Assembly (NCBI GenBank): GCA_040218735.1
Contig: JAVJQW010000033.1
Span: 32,001-96,000 of the forward strand
Source: Deltaproteobacteria bacterium
GTDB lineage: Bacteria > Myxococcota > Kuafuiibacteriia > Kuafuiibacteriales > Kuafuiibacteriaceae
DNA length: 64,000 bases
Direction: 5' to 3'
Under the pieces are notes generated by a model. It saw only the letters and a list, made by a program, of their open reading frames with translations, was not told the DNA's origin and ran no database searches. The translations under genes and the position numbers were made by a program. This document shows, one piece after another, positions 38,324 through 48,322 of the stretch (position 1 is its first letter; each line of letters begins with the position of its first letter).

Positions 38324-38929
38324 TCAGTCGATCACGGCGCTGCCGTGCAGCGGGCCCGTGTACATCTCGGGCTGCGGCACGCGCGGCGTGGCGTCACCCG
38401 TCACCGTGGGCACGTCGCTCGTGCGCCACAGGCTCGGGTGTTGTTTGCGACCGGACGCGCCCGCGCCGCTTTCGTTCCCGTTGACGGAGCGCTGCTTGCG
38501 GACGGCGGTGCGGCGGGCGGTCGCGAGGGTCGCGATCGACGGCGCCGGCGTGGCGATCACGATCGGCGCGCGCGTGCGGACGAAGCGCTCGGCCGTAGCC
38601 TGCGCGTCCATCCCCGACTCGGACTCGAAGCGCTCTTGCGCGCGGACCTTCTGACGGGAGGCGAGGGCGCGGTCGCTGAGGTCCGCCTCGAAGCCGGCCT
38701 CCTCGCTGTGGAGCGCGTCGGTGCGGCCCCCGACGGCGTCGCGGCCGCCGACGGCTACGAGCTTCCCCTCGGGATCGACGAGCGTCGCCGCCCCGTCTTC
38801 GTCGACGGTCGGCATCTGGTCGAGCATCGCCCGCCAGCGCGCGAGGGCGAGGTCTCTCCGCCCCCCTCTCGTCAGTGCCTGTACCAAGCCATCGCGTATT
38901 ATCGGCGGGCGCTCCCGTGTGTTGCTCAA
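38324..38929 (-). CDS. Hypothetical protein
   Basis: Fills the gap between yihY and sppA; coding-like composition; no motif. Confidence 0.55.
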   Translation of the reverse strand: MSNTRERPPIIRDGLVQALTRGGRRDLALARWRAMLDQMPTVDEDGAATLVDPEGKLVAVGGRDAVGGRTDALHSEEAGFEADLSDRALASRQKVRAQERFESESGMDAQATAERFVRTRAPIVIATPAPSIATLATARRTAVRKQRSVNGNESGAGASGRKQHPSLWRTSDVPTVTGDATPRVPQPEMYTGPLHGSAVID

Positions 38930-38958
38930 AAAAGTGACACGTGGGCTACTGCCCCGCG

Positions 38959-41376
38959 ATGGCGAGCGCCGCAGCGTTGACGGCAGTCTTCTCCAGCCTC
39001 CTCGCGGTGCCCACGCCGATGAGGCTCACGGCCGACGTCGAGGACGCCTACGCCCTCGACGTGAACCCGGCCGCGCTGGGGTACGTCGAGGACTTCCAGC
39101 TCCGCCTGGTCTACGGGCGGGCCGACGCCGACGTGTACCGGCCGGCGACCGTCGGCGCGACCAACGGGTTCGGCGCCTTCACGGCGATCCCCCTCGCGCG
39201 GGGCTTCACGCTCGGCGGGAGCGTCGAGGTCGACGTCGACCAGGGCGACCGCACCGCCGCGCGCACCGCGATCGGGATCGGCTACGCGCGCCGCGGCTTC
39301 GGGTTGGGCCTGTCGTATTCGAACCGGCCCCGGTTCGACGCGGACAGCAAGGGGATGGTCGACTTCGGCCTCTCGCTCCGCCCGTCGCGCTACGTCGCGT
39401 TTGGCCTCACGGTGCACGACCTCGTGCAGCACGCGCAGCGCCGGGAGTGGGACATCGGCCTGGCGATCTGGCCCCACGAGGTCCTGCGGCTCTCCGCGCA
39501 GTGGCGCATCACCCAGGACGAGCCGCTCAACCAGGACACCTTCGACCTCCGCTTCCTCGCGACGGTGAACCCGGTCGACGGCCTCTACGTCGGCATCGGC
39601 GCGGACGTCGACGCCGCGGTTTACCTCAGCCTCGGCCTCGACTTCGGCGGCATCGGGATCGGCAGCGCCGTCAACGGCGTCAACGGCGATCCCGCGTTCG
39701 TCGCGGAGCTCGTGTACGACGCCGACGAGCAGCCGGCGCTCATCGAGCCGTCCGCCGTCGCCGTCGTCGATCTCGCGGGGGAGCTGAAGCCAGAGCCGGA
39801 GGTGAAGCTCCTCGGCGGCGCGTTGTTCCACGCGTACGGCGCGGCGCCGCTCGTGCTCGACGCGCTCGCGAAGAGCGACCGCGTGGACGGTGTGTTCGCA
39901 CGCATCGGCAGCCTCGACATCGACTGGGCGACCGCCGTCGAGACGCGGAAGGCGCTGATGACGCTCAAGAAGTCGGGGCGCCGGGTCGACTGCCAGCTCC
40001 TCGGTCGCGGCGACCTCGCGATGTACCTCGCGTCGGCGTGCTCTTCGATCATCGTGACGCCGCCGCAGCAGGTCGAGATGAACGGCATCGCGGCCGACGT
40101 GTTGTTCTTCGGCGAAGCGCTCGAGGACATCGGCGTGCAGGTCAACGTCGTGCGGCGCGGCGCGTACAAGAACTCGCCCGATCAGTTCGCGCGCTCCGGA
40201 ATGAGCGTGGAGCACCGCGAGGCGCTCGGCGCCTACCTCGACACGGTGTTCGACACGTTGGTCGAGGGGGTTGCGGAGGGCCGCAAGCTCGAGAAGGCGA
40301 AGGTGCTCGAGCTGATGGATCGCGGCACGTTCACGTCGAGCGAAGCCGTCGATCTGAAGCTCGTCGACGAACGGCTCTACCCCGACGAGGTCGAGGAGCA
40401 CGTACGCAAACACTACGGCGGCGGGGCCCGCTTCGTGCGCGCCGGCGAGTTGATCCCGCGCTACGTGGACCGTTGGCGTCGCCAGCCCGGTATCGCGATC
40501 ATCCACGTCGACGCCGCGATCACCGGCGGCTCGTCCCGCGACATGCCGCTGGGCTTCGGACGCACCGTCGGTGCGCGCACGTTGATCCAGGCGATCGAGG
40601 CGGCCGGCTCCGACAGCAACGTGCGCGCCGTCGTGCTGCGCGTCGACAGCCCCGGCGGCGACGCGGTCGCGTCGGACCTCATCGCACGCGCGGTGCGTCG
40701 CCTCGCCGAGAAGAAGCCCGTGATCGCCAGCTTCGGCGACATCGCGGCGAGCGGCGGCTACTACGTGTCGGCCGACGCGACGACGATCTTCGCGGAGTCG
40801 ACGACGCTCACGGGATCGATCGGCGTCTTCTCGATGTCGTTTGGTTTCGAGGAGCTCCTCGCGAAGCTCGGTGTGCACTCCGCGCTCTTGGAGCGCGGCG
40901 CGCGCTCCAGCGCGAGCTCACCGTGGACGAACCCGGACGCCGACGACATCGCGATGGTTCAGCACGGCGTCGACGACGCCTACGAGCAGTTCCTCGCCGT
41001 CGTCGCGCGCGGGCGGAAGATGGAGGTCGAGGAGGTCCGCAAGATCGCCGAGGGTCGCATCTGGAGCGGCCGCGACGCGAAGGCCAAGGGCCTCGTCGAC
41101 GAGATCGGCGGGTTGATGGATGCGGTGCGCGCCGCGAAGGCCGCCGCTGGCTTCGAGGCCGACGAGACGATCTCGGTGCGCACCTACCCGAAGAACCGCG
41201 CGCCGCTCCCGGAGCCGGTGCGGACGATCGCCGCCGCCATCCTCCCGAACGAGCCCGAGCTGCCGCGCTGGCTGCCGGACGGGCTGCGCGCGTGGGTCAC
41301 GTCGTGGCTCGTTCCGTTCGCGGACGGAAGTGCGCGGAACGTCGCGCTCGTGCCCTGGTCCGTGCGCGTGCGCTGA
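38959..41376 (+). CDS. sppA: Signal peptide peptidase SppA (S49) with N-terminal beta-barrel-like domain
   Basis: GAYKNSPDQF, LRVDSPGG, AASGGYYVS, TLTGSIGV, AEGRIWSG; the first ~260 aa are amphipathic beta-strands. Confidence 0.9.
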   Translation: MASAAALTAVFSSLLAVPTPMRLTADVEDAYALDVNPAALGYVEDFQLRLVYGRADADVYRPATVGATNGFGAFTAIPLARGFTLGGSVEVDVDQGDRTAARTAIGIGYARRGFGLGLSYSNRPRFDADSKGMVDFGLSLRPSRYVAFGLTVHDLVQHAQRREWDIGLAIWPHEVLRLSAQWRITQDEPLNQDTFDLRFLATVNPVDGLYVGIGADVDAAVYLSLGLDFGGIGIGSAVNGVNGDPAFVAELVYDADEQPALIEPSAVAVVDLAGELKPEPEVKLLGGALFHAYGAAPLVLDALAKSDRVDGVFARIGSLDIDWATAVETRKALMTLKKSGRRVDCQLLGRGDLAMYLASACSSIIVTPPQQVEMNGIAADVLFFGEALEDIGVQVNVVRRGAYKNSPDQFARSGMSVEHREALGAYLDTVFDTLVEGVAEGRKLEKAKVLELMDRGTFTSSEAVDLKLVDERLYPDEVEEHVRKHYGGGARFVRAGELIPRYVDRWRRQPGIAIIHVDAAITGGSSRDMPLGFGRTVGARTLIQAIEAAGSDSNVRAVVLRVDSPGGDAVASDLIARAVRRLAEKKPVIASFGDIAASGGYYVSADATTIFAESTTLTGSIGVFSMSFGFEELLAKLGVHSALLERGARSSASSPWTNPDADDIAMVQHGVDDAYEQFLAVVARGRKMEVEEVRKIAEGRIWSGRDAKAKGLVDEIGGLMDAVRAAKAAAGFEADETISVRTYPKNRAPLPEPVRTIAAAILPNEPELPRWLPDGLRAWVTSWLVPFADGSARNVALVPWSVRVR

Positions 41377-41395
41377 GCGACGCGTTCGGCCGACG

Positions 41396-41902
41396 TCAGC
41401 GCGGGTCGACGTCGAACGCCCGACGCACGGGCCGCTCCAGGTGCCGAGCGATGCTCTCGCGAATGTGCGTCCCGTCGTCGTCGATCACGAGGGCGTGGAC
41501 GTAGAGCGTCCGGCCGTCCGCCGACACGTCGAGGCTCAGCGTGCCTGGCGTCAGGGAGATCAGGCTCGCGAGCATCGTGATCTCCACGTCGGACGTCAGG
41601 TGGATCGGCACCGCGACCACGCCGGGGCGCACCGCCAGCTTCGGTCGCCACGCCTCGCGCGCCACGCTCAGCGCGGACTTCACCAGCTCCAACAGAAACG
41701 CCGCGGCGAGCACCAAGAGCCCCCACGGCCTTGGACGCACCCGTCGCTGCAAGTGCCCGTCGCCCGGCGGAGCCAGGCGCGTCGTCAGCGTCAGGATGAT
41801 CGCGGAGACCACCGCGCCCGCGGCGATTCCGCGCAGGTCGAGTGACGCAAAGAGCGCCGTCCACACGGCGGTCAAGAAGAGCACGGTGACGACCTGACTC
41901 AC
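41396..41902 (-). CDS. mrpE: Mrp Na+/H+ antiporter subunit E
   Basis: PGVVAVP, LASLISLTPGTLSLDV, LYVHAL. Confidence 0.93.
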   Translation of the reverse strand: MSQVVTVLFLTAVWTALFASLDLRGIAAGAVVSAIILTLTTRLAPPGDGHLQRRVRPRPWGLLVLAAAFLLELVKSALSVAREAWRPKLAVRPGVVAVPIHLTSDVEITMLASLISLTPGTLSLDVSADGRTLYVHALVIDDDGTHIRESIARHLERPVRRAFDVDPR

Positions 41903-43374
41903 TCGAGCACCCCCTTACGGTACGCCTCGACGTCGGACAGCTCCGCCGCCGCGCGGTCCGCGACCGCGAACAGCGGACCCGGCGCGAACGAGACGACCGC
42001 GACGATCGCTACCAGCAGAACGATCGGCACGAGGCGCCCCCACGCCACGACCGGCGTCGCGGGTTCGGCTGGCGCCTGCTTCCAGAGACCGAGCGACCAC
42101 GCCTGCGCGACGGACGCGAGCACGAGCGCGCTGCCCGCGAGCGCTGCGATCACACCCGGCCAGCGACCGACGGCGGTCAGGGCGTCGAGGATCGCGAGCT
42201 TGCCCCAGAAGCCGACCAGCGGCGGGAACCCAGCGACCGAGAACGCGGCGACGATGAATGCGATGGCGAGCAGCGGGTGGCTTCGGTACAGGCCCCCCAT
42301 GTCCATGAGGCGACGTCCGCGCGTGATGCGCTCGACCTCGCCACACACGAGCAGCAGCGTGGTCACGACCAGCATGTCGGAGAGCAGGTACGCGATCGTG
42401 CCCGCCCGGCCGCGCTCGGTGCCGGTCGAGATGCCGATCAGCATGAAGCCCACGGCGAAGACGACGGAGTGAACGACGGCGCCGCGCAGCGTGACTTGCG
42501 CCAGCGCGCCGAACGCTCCGACCGCCATCGAGACGAAGGCGCACACGAGGAGGAGGTCGTCGAACCAGGGCACGACGTCGTCGAACATCAGCGCCCCCGT
42601 GCGGAGGAATGCGTAGACGCCGACCTTGGTCAGCAGCCCGGCGAGCAGCGCAGCGAGGCCCGCGGGCGGGCTGCCGTACGCGGTCGGGAGCCACAGCCCG
42701 AACGGGAACATCGCGGCCTTGATCCCGAAGCCGACGACGAACAGCACCGCGATGCTCGAGACGAGCGGCACGCCGCCCGGCTGGTGCAGCGCGATGGACA
42801 GCTCCGCGAGGTTGAGCGTGCCGGTCGCCCCGTACAGCAGCGCGATGGCCACGAGGAAACACGTCGAGGACAACAGGTTCAGCACGACGTACTTGGCCGC
42901 GGCTTCGACCTGCGCGCGTGCGTTGCCGATTGCGACCAACACGAAGGACGAGATCAGCAGCACCTCGAACCAGACGTAGAGGTTGAAGAGGTCGCCGGTG
43001 AGGAAGGCGCCCTGGACCCCCATCACCAACGTGTTGGCGAGCGGCCAGAAGTCGGAGCGTCGTCGGTCTTCGTCGGCGTTCGCGAGCTGAAAGCCGGTCA
43101 CCGCGAAGTGCACGATGGACGTCACCACCACGAGCCCCGCCGAGAGGGTGTCGACGTAGACGACGATGCCGAACGGCGCCGCCCACGCGCCCATCTGCAA
43201 CCGCGCGGGGCCGCCGCCCCAAACTTCGAGGAACAGCACCGCGGCGACGACCACGTGCAGCGTGGCGCCGAGGAGCGCGACGCTCTGCTGCACCCGTCGA
43301 TTCTTGCGGGAGGAGAGCGCGAGCACCGCCGTGGCGAGCGGGACGACCTGCGGGAGGACGGGCAGGATGTTCAC
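41899..43374 (-). CDS. mrpD: Mrp antiporter subunit D
   Basis: GAFLTGDLFNLYVWFEVLLISSF, FGIKAAMFP, LLTKVGVY, GFPPLVGFWGK. Confidence 0.94.
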   Translation of the reverse strand: MNILPVLPQVVPLATAVLALSSRKNRRVQQSVALLGATLHVVVAAVLFLEVWGGGPARLQMGAWAAPFGIVVYVDTLSAGLVVVTSIVHFAVTGFQLANADEDRRRSDFWPLANTLVMGVQGAFLTGDLFNLYVWFEVLLISSFVLVAIGNARAQVEAAAKYVVLNLLSSTCFLVAIALLYGATGTLNLAELSIALHQPGGVPLVSSIAVLFVVGFGIKAAMFPFGLWLPTAYGSPPAGLAALLAGLLTKVGVYAFLRTGALMFDDVVPWFDDLLLVCAFVSMAVGAFGALAQVTLRGAVVHSVVFAVGFMLIGISTGTERGRAGTIAYLLSDMLVVTTLLLVCGEVERITRGRRLMDMGGLYRSHPLLAIAFIVAAFSVAGFPPLVGFWGKLAILDALTAVGRWPGVIAALAGSALVLASVAQAWSLGLWKQAPAEPATPVVAWGRLVPIVLLVAIVAVVSFAPGPLFAVADRAAAELSDVEAYRKGVLE

Positions 43375-43763
43375 GCCGCGAGCTCCTCTTCAGCCGCGCG
43401 ATCCGGCGTGTCGTCGGCGACGGTCTCCGCTTCGGAGAGGCGGTCGGTGTCGAGCGTGCCCAGCGTTCGGTACACGCGGAAGGCGAGCGCGAACGCAAAC
43501 GCTGTGATGCCGAAGCTGATCACGATCGCCGTGAGGATGAGCGCCTGCGGGAGCGGATTGGCGGCCTGCTCCAATGTCTGGGCGCCGGCGGGGATGATCG
43601 GCGGCATCCCGCGGGTGAGCCGGCCCGAAGTGAAGATGACGAGGTTCGCCGCGTTCGAGACGAGCATGAACCCGATCACCATGCGGAGGAAGCTCCGCCG
43701 AAGGAGCGCTTGGAGCGCGAGCGCCAGTACGATGCCGGCGCATATCGCGAGGGACACCTGCAT
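43371..43763 (-). CDS. mrpC: Mrp antiporter subunit C
   Basis: NPLPQALILTAIVISFG. Confidence 0.94.
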   Translation of the reverse strand: MQVSLAICAGIVLALALQALLRRSFLRMVIGFMLVSNAANLVIFTSGRLTRGMPPIIPAGAQTLEQAANPLPQALILTAIVISFGITAFAFALAFRVYRTLGTLDTDRLSEAETVADDTPDRAAEEELAA

Positions 43764-43765
43764 CG

Positions 43766-44203
43766 TTAGTCGTCCTCCTTCAAACGCGAGGGCTGCAGCT
43801 CGAGCGTGAAGACGAAGAGGAGCACCGTGCCGACGACGACGAAGTACACGCCGAGGTCGAACAGCGTCGTCGTGCCGATGTCGTAGTGCCCGCCGCCGGG
43901 GAGCGGCAGATGGAACCACAGGCTGCGGAGCATCGGCTCGCCGAGCAGGGCCGGGAGGACTGCGGCGATCGCGGCGCACCCCAGACCGAACGCGGCGAGC
44001 TGCGTCGGAGACACGGGGAAGCGGGCGCGGGCCTCCCGGGCGTCGCCGGAGACGATCCACAGCACGAGGCCCGCCGCTGCGACGAGGCCGCCGACGAACC
44101 CGCCGCCCGGATCGTGGTGACCGCGCAGGAACACAAACACCGAGAAGAGGAGGATGAGCGGCATCAAGAGCCGCGCCATCGTGCGCAGGAGGATCGAGTA
44201 CAT
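43766..44203 (-). CDS. mrpB: Mrp antiporter subunit B
   Basis: [26 protein letters not shown]. Confidence 0.94.
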   Translation of the reverse strand: MYSILLRTMARLLMPLILLFSVFVFLRGHHDPGGGFVGGLVAAAGLVLWIVSGDAREARARFPVSPTQLAAFGLGCAAIAAVLPALLGEPMLRSLWFHLPLPGGGHYDIGTTTLFDLGVYFVVVGTVLLFVFTLELQPSRLKEDD

Positions 44204-46506
44204 CAGGAGGACCTCCTGACTTCGTTGGTGCGCGCGCGTCGCCGCAGCAACGCGAACACGCCGAGGCCCGCGATGGTCAGCACGGTGATCTCACCCCACG
44301 TATCGAACCCGCGGAAGTCGACGAGGATGACGTTGACGACGTTCCGTCCGTGGGCGTCGGGGACGGAGTGCTGCAGGTACCACTCGCTGATGCGCGCGGG
44401 GAGCGGGCCCGCGAGGTTCGACAGCAACAGCGCGCTGACCATCGTGCCGACGCCGGCGCTGATCACGAAGTCGCGCGCCGCGGAGTAGGGGCGTGGGCGC
44501 TCGAACGCGAGGTCCGGCAGGTGCAGCAACGTGAGGACCACGAGGATGACGGTGAGGGTCTCGATCGCGAACTGCGTCATCGCGACGTCGGGCGCGCCGA
44601 AGAGCAGGTAGACGATCGCGACGCAGTAGCCGCTGATGCCGACCGCGATGATCGCGCGCATGGCGGGCTCGGCGAACGCGGCGACGGTGGAGGAGACGAC
44701 GAGGAGGATGAGGAGCGCGGCCTCGTGCACGTGGATCCCGTCGAACCCGGGCCAGACCAACGCGTCGTGGGTGCTGGTCGATACGACGAGCCCGACGACC
44801 GCGGCGCCGAGCACGACCATTACGTAGCGGCGTAGTTTGCCCACGTAGATCGCGTCGGTGATGCGGTCCGCGATCCGCACCATCGACAGCAGCGCGCGCT
44901 CGAAGACCTGCGGGGGGAGCTCCGTGAAGGGGCGCACCCACGTGGCGAACGCGGACGAGTGCCGCAGGCGCACCGCCAAGAAGGCGACGCCGCCGCCGAG
45001 CGCGTAGGTGCCGAGGCTCGCGCCGAGCGCGGGCGTCAGCCCGTGCCACAGCGACAGGTGCACGTCGGGCGCGCCGGCGAGGATCGCGCCGGCCGCGCCG
45101 CCGACGGGGCCGTCGAGCCACGCCGGCATCAGCCCGGCGACGAGGCCGAGCGCCGCGAGGACGACGGGGGGCGCCGCGAGGAGCACGTCATCGTGGGCGT
45201 GTTTCGCGGCGTCCGAGGGTGCGCCGAAGAACGGACGCACGCCGACCACGTACGCGCCGGCGACGAGCGCCGCATTGGCGACGACGCCGACCGCGAGCGC
45301 GACGAACCCGAGCGCGCCCGCGCCGAGGTTCGCTTCGTACGCGACCTCCTTCCCCACGAACCCGAGGAACGGCGGGAGCCCGGCCATCGACGCACACGCG
45401 AGGACGGCGGCGGCCGTCGTGATCTTCATGGTGCGACCGAGGCCCGAGAGGGCGTCGAGGTCACGGGTGTGCGCGCCGTGATCGACCGAGCCCGCCACCA
45501 TGAACAGCGCCCCCTTGTAGAGCGCGTGCACCACCAGATACGTCATCGCGGCGACGACGCTGGCTTCGTCCCCGAAGCCGAGCAGCAGGACCAAAAGGCC
45601 CAGCGCCATCGTCGTGGTGTACGCGAGGACACTCTTGAGGTCCGAGAAGCGCAGCGCCGACCACGCCGACAGCAGCATCGTCGCGCTCCCGACCGCGACG
45701 AGGGTGTACGTCCACGGCGCGGAGCCCGACCACAGCGGCGACAGGCGCGCGAGGAGGAAGACGCCGGCCTTCACCATCGTGGCGGAGTGCAGGTACGCGC
45801 TCACCGGCGTGGGGCCGGCCATCGCCGCGGGGAGCCAGAAGTGGAACGGGAACTGCGCGGACTTGGTCAGCGCGCCGAGCAGCACGAGCGCGAGCGCCCA
45901 CGTCGACAGGGGGTGCGCCGCGATGGCGTTGGCGCCGTCGATCCACGCGCTCAGCGCCCAGGTCCCGGTCATGTGGTGGAGCAGGACGAAGCCGCCGAGG
46001 AGCGCGAGCCCGCCCGTGCCGGTGACCAGCAACGCCTTGCGCGCGGCGACGCGCGCGGAGCGCTCCTCGTGATCGAAGCCGATCAGGAGGTACGACGACA
46101 GGCTCGTGCCCTCCCAGAACACAAACAGCGTGATGGCGTCGTCCGCGAGGACGAGCCCGAGCATCGACGCCATGAACGTGAAGAGCAGCGCGTAGAACCG
46201 ACCGAGGTCTCGGTGCTGCGCGAGGTAGCGCCCGCCGTAGATCACGATCAGCGTTCCGATGCCGAGGATGAGTACGGCGAAGAGCGCCGAGAGCCCGTCG
46301 ACGCGCAGTGCGAGCTCGACGCCGAGCGGCTCGACCCAGGGGCGTCGCCACTCGGGCATGGGGTCGAGGCCCACGATCATCCGGACGAACCGAAAGCAGC
46401 CGTAGGCGGGGGCGGTCGCGAGCACGAAGGGCGCGACGCCGCGCGCGCGCGCGACGAGCGGGCTCACGAGCGCCGCCACGACGAGAGCGAGGAGGACTTC
46501 GATCAC
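44203..46506 (-). CDS. mrpA: Mrp antiporter subunit A
   Basis: [54 protein letters not shown]. Confidence 0.95.
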   Translation of the reverse strand: MIEVLLALVVAALVSPLVARARGVAPFVLATAPAYGCFRFVRMIVGLDPMPEWRRPWVEPLGVELALRVDGLSALFAVLILGIGTLIVIYGGRYLAQHRDLGRFYALLFTFMASMLGLVLADDAITLFVFWEGTSLSSYLLIGFDHEERSARVAARKALLVTGTGGLALLGGFVLLHHMTGTWALSAWIDGANAIAAHPLSTWALALVLLGALTKSAQFPFHFWLPAAMAGPTPVSAYLHSATMVKAGVFLLARLSPLWSGSAPWTYTLVAVGSATMLLSAWSALRFSDLKSVLAYTTTMALGLLVLLLGFGDEASVVAAMTYLVVHALYKGALFMVAGSVDHGAHTRDLDALSGLGRTMKITTAAAVLACASMAGLPPFLGFVGKEVAYEANLGAGALGFVALAVGVVANAALVAGAYVVGVRPFFGAPSDAAKHAHDDVLLAAPPVVLAALGLVAGLMPAWLDGPVGGAAGAILAGAPDVHLSLWHGLTPALGASLGTYALGGGVAFLAVRLRHSSAFATWVRPFTELPPQVFERALLSMVRIADRITDAIYVGKLRRYVMVVLGAAVVGLVVSTSTHDALVWPGFDGIHVHEAALLILLVVSSTVAAFAEPAMRAIIAVGISGYCVAIVYLLFGAPDVAMTQFAIETLTVILVVLTLLHLPDLAFERPRPYSAARDFVISAGVGTMVSALLLSNLAGPLPARISEWYLQHSVPDAHGRNVVNVILVDFRGFDTWGEITVLTIAGLGVFALLRRRARTNEVRRSS

Positions 46507-46901
46507 GAGCGACTCCCGTCACGCTCGGAGGCGGTCGGAGGCGGCTTCGCGCCGAACAGATCGGTCGGCTCGGGGTACGCGTCGGCGAGATCGTCGACCT
46601 CGGTGTTCGGTGCGCGGGGGGCGCCGGCGAGGTACGCCGCGCGCCCGATCATCTGCGCGGACGCGGGGGCGGTGAGGAGCGTGAAGACGATGACGCCGAC
46701 GGCGCGGGTCACGAGGGAGATGTCGTCGCCGAAGTGCACGGCCGCGGCGGCCATGAAGAAACCTACGCCGAGCGTGCCCGCCTTGGTGATGGCGTGCATG
46801 CGGGTGAACACGTCGGGGAAGCGCAGCGCGCCGAGCACGGCGCTCGCCACGAAGAAGACGCCCACGAGGAGGAGCACCGTGCTGACGACCGCGGCGGTCA
46901 C
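46503..46901 (-). CDS. mrpG: Mrp antiporter subunit G
   Basis: RFPDVFTRMHAITKAGTLG, LTAPASAQMIGRAAY. Confidence 0.93.
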   Translation of the reverse strand: MTAAVVSTVLLLVGVFFVASAVLGALRFPDVFTRMHAITKAGTLGVGFFMAAAAVHFGDDISLVTRAVGVIVFTLLTAPASAQMIGRAAYLAGAPRAPNTEVDDLADAYPEPTDLFGAKPPPTASERDGSRS

Positions 46902-47182
46902 GCCTTCCTCCGGTGGACGCGCTCGAGGAACCGCGCGAACGCGACGGTCCCGAGGAACGCGAGGAGCGAGAGCACGAGCGCGACGTCGAGGAGCGGACCT
47001 TCCTCGACGAGCATCGAGCCCGCGCCGATGATGCAGACGGTGATGTAGGCGACGAGGTCGAGGGCCACGACGCGGTCCGCGAGGTGGGGACCGCGGACGA
47101 CGCGGACGACCGCCCCGGCGAGGGCGATCACCAACAAGGACACGACGCCCATCAGGACGCCTTCGAACCAGCCGAGCGGCAC
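46898..47182 (-). CDS. mrpF: Mrp antiporter subunit F
   Basis: RVVRGPHLADRVVALD, LAFLGTVAFARFL. Confidence 0.93.
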   Translation of the reverse strand: MPLGWFEGVLMGVVSLLVIALAGAVVRVVRGPHLADRVVALDLVAYITVCIIGAGSMLVEEGPLLDVALVLSLLAFLGTVAFARFLERVHRRKA

Positions 47183-47291
47183 TGCGCTGGAAGCGGTACT
47201 ACCCCGTGTCCCCGTACGTCCACGCCCAAGTCGGTGGGGGCGTGGCCGCGCGTTTGAGCCGCGAGGGCTCGGCTGCTACACGCGGGCCACG

Positions 47292-48185
47292 ATGGCCAAC
47301 AACCAGACCATTCGGGTCGCAGCCGCTCAGATCGATCCCGTCCTCAAAGACGTGAAGGCGAACCTCGACAAACACCTCGAGTGGATCGAGCGGGCGCGCG
47401 CGGAGGGGGTCGAGCTGCTCGTGTTCCCGGAGCTGTCGTTGTCGGGCTACGACGTGCGCGACGCCGCGATCGACATCGCGATCAGCGTGATGGATCCGCT
47501 CGACGACCCGACCCTCGTCAAGATCGCGGAGGCGGCGGGGGACATGTTCGTGGTCGTCGGCTTCGTCGAGGAGGGCTTCGGCGCGCAGATCTTCAACGCC
47601 GCGGGTGTGTTCCACCGCGGCGAGCAGGTGTTCGTGCACCGCAAGCTCAACCTCGCCAACTACGGCGACATGCAGGAGGCGAAGTTCTTCGCGGCGGGGC
47701 GGTACATGGAGCCCTTCGAGCTCCCGAAGCAGTTCACCGGCGCGATCCTGTGCTGCAGCGACAGCTGGAACCCCGCGCTGGTCCACATCGCGGCCCTCCA
47801 CGGCGCGACGATGCTGACCATCCCGACGAACTCCTCCCTCGACGCGGAGAGCGGTGACGTCTCCAAACCCGAGCGCTGGGACACGGTCCTGTCGTTCTAC
47901 GCGACGCTCTACGGGCTGCCGGTCGTGTTCTGCAATCGGGTCGGGCGCGAGGGGGTCCACACGTTCTGGGGCGGCTCCCGCATCCTCGACGCGCACGGCG
48001 CTCAGGTCGCGCGCGCGAGCGGCGAAGGCGAGGAGCTCATCGTCGCCGAGATCGCGCAGCGCGACGTCCGCGAAGCGCGCTTTCGTCTCCCTACGGTCCG
48101 CGACAGCAACCTTTCTCTCATTCACCGCGAGATCGATCGCCTCGCCCAGCGCGTCGGCGTGCCGAAGGTCGTGCGCAAGACGTGA
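47292..48185 (+). CDS. Nitrilase-superfamily carbon-nitrogen hydrolase
   Basis: Glu-Lys-Cys triad segments FPELSLSGY, HRKLNL, ILCCSDSWNP; FWGGSRI. Confidence 0.9.
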   Translation: MANNQTIRVAAAQIDPVLKDVKANLDKHLEWIERARAEGVELLVFPELSLSGYDVRDAAIDIAISVMDPLDDPTLVKIAEAAGDMFVVVGFVEEGFGAQIFNAAGVFHRGEQVFVHRKLNLANYGDMQEAKFFAAGRYMEPFELPKQFTGAILCCSDSWNPALVHIAALHGATMLTIPTNSSLDAESGDVSKPERWDTVLSFYATLYGLPVVFCNRVGREGVHTFWGGSRILDAHGAQVARASGEGEELIVAEIAQRDVREARFRLPTVRDSNLSLIHREIDRLAQRVGVPKVVRKT

Positions 48186-48322
48186 AGCCGCGCGTCGCAC
48201 GGACGCGTTGTGCACCGCCGTACGCGAAATGATGCAGGGCAATACAGGTGCGACTGAGTGGAGTGATGTCGAACGTTTGTCGGCCTTGCGGCGCAGCATC
48301 GCCCTTCCGCTGAATGGTGGAC

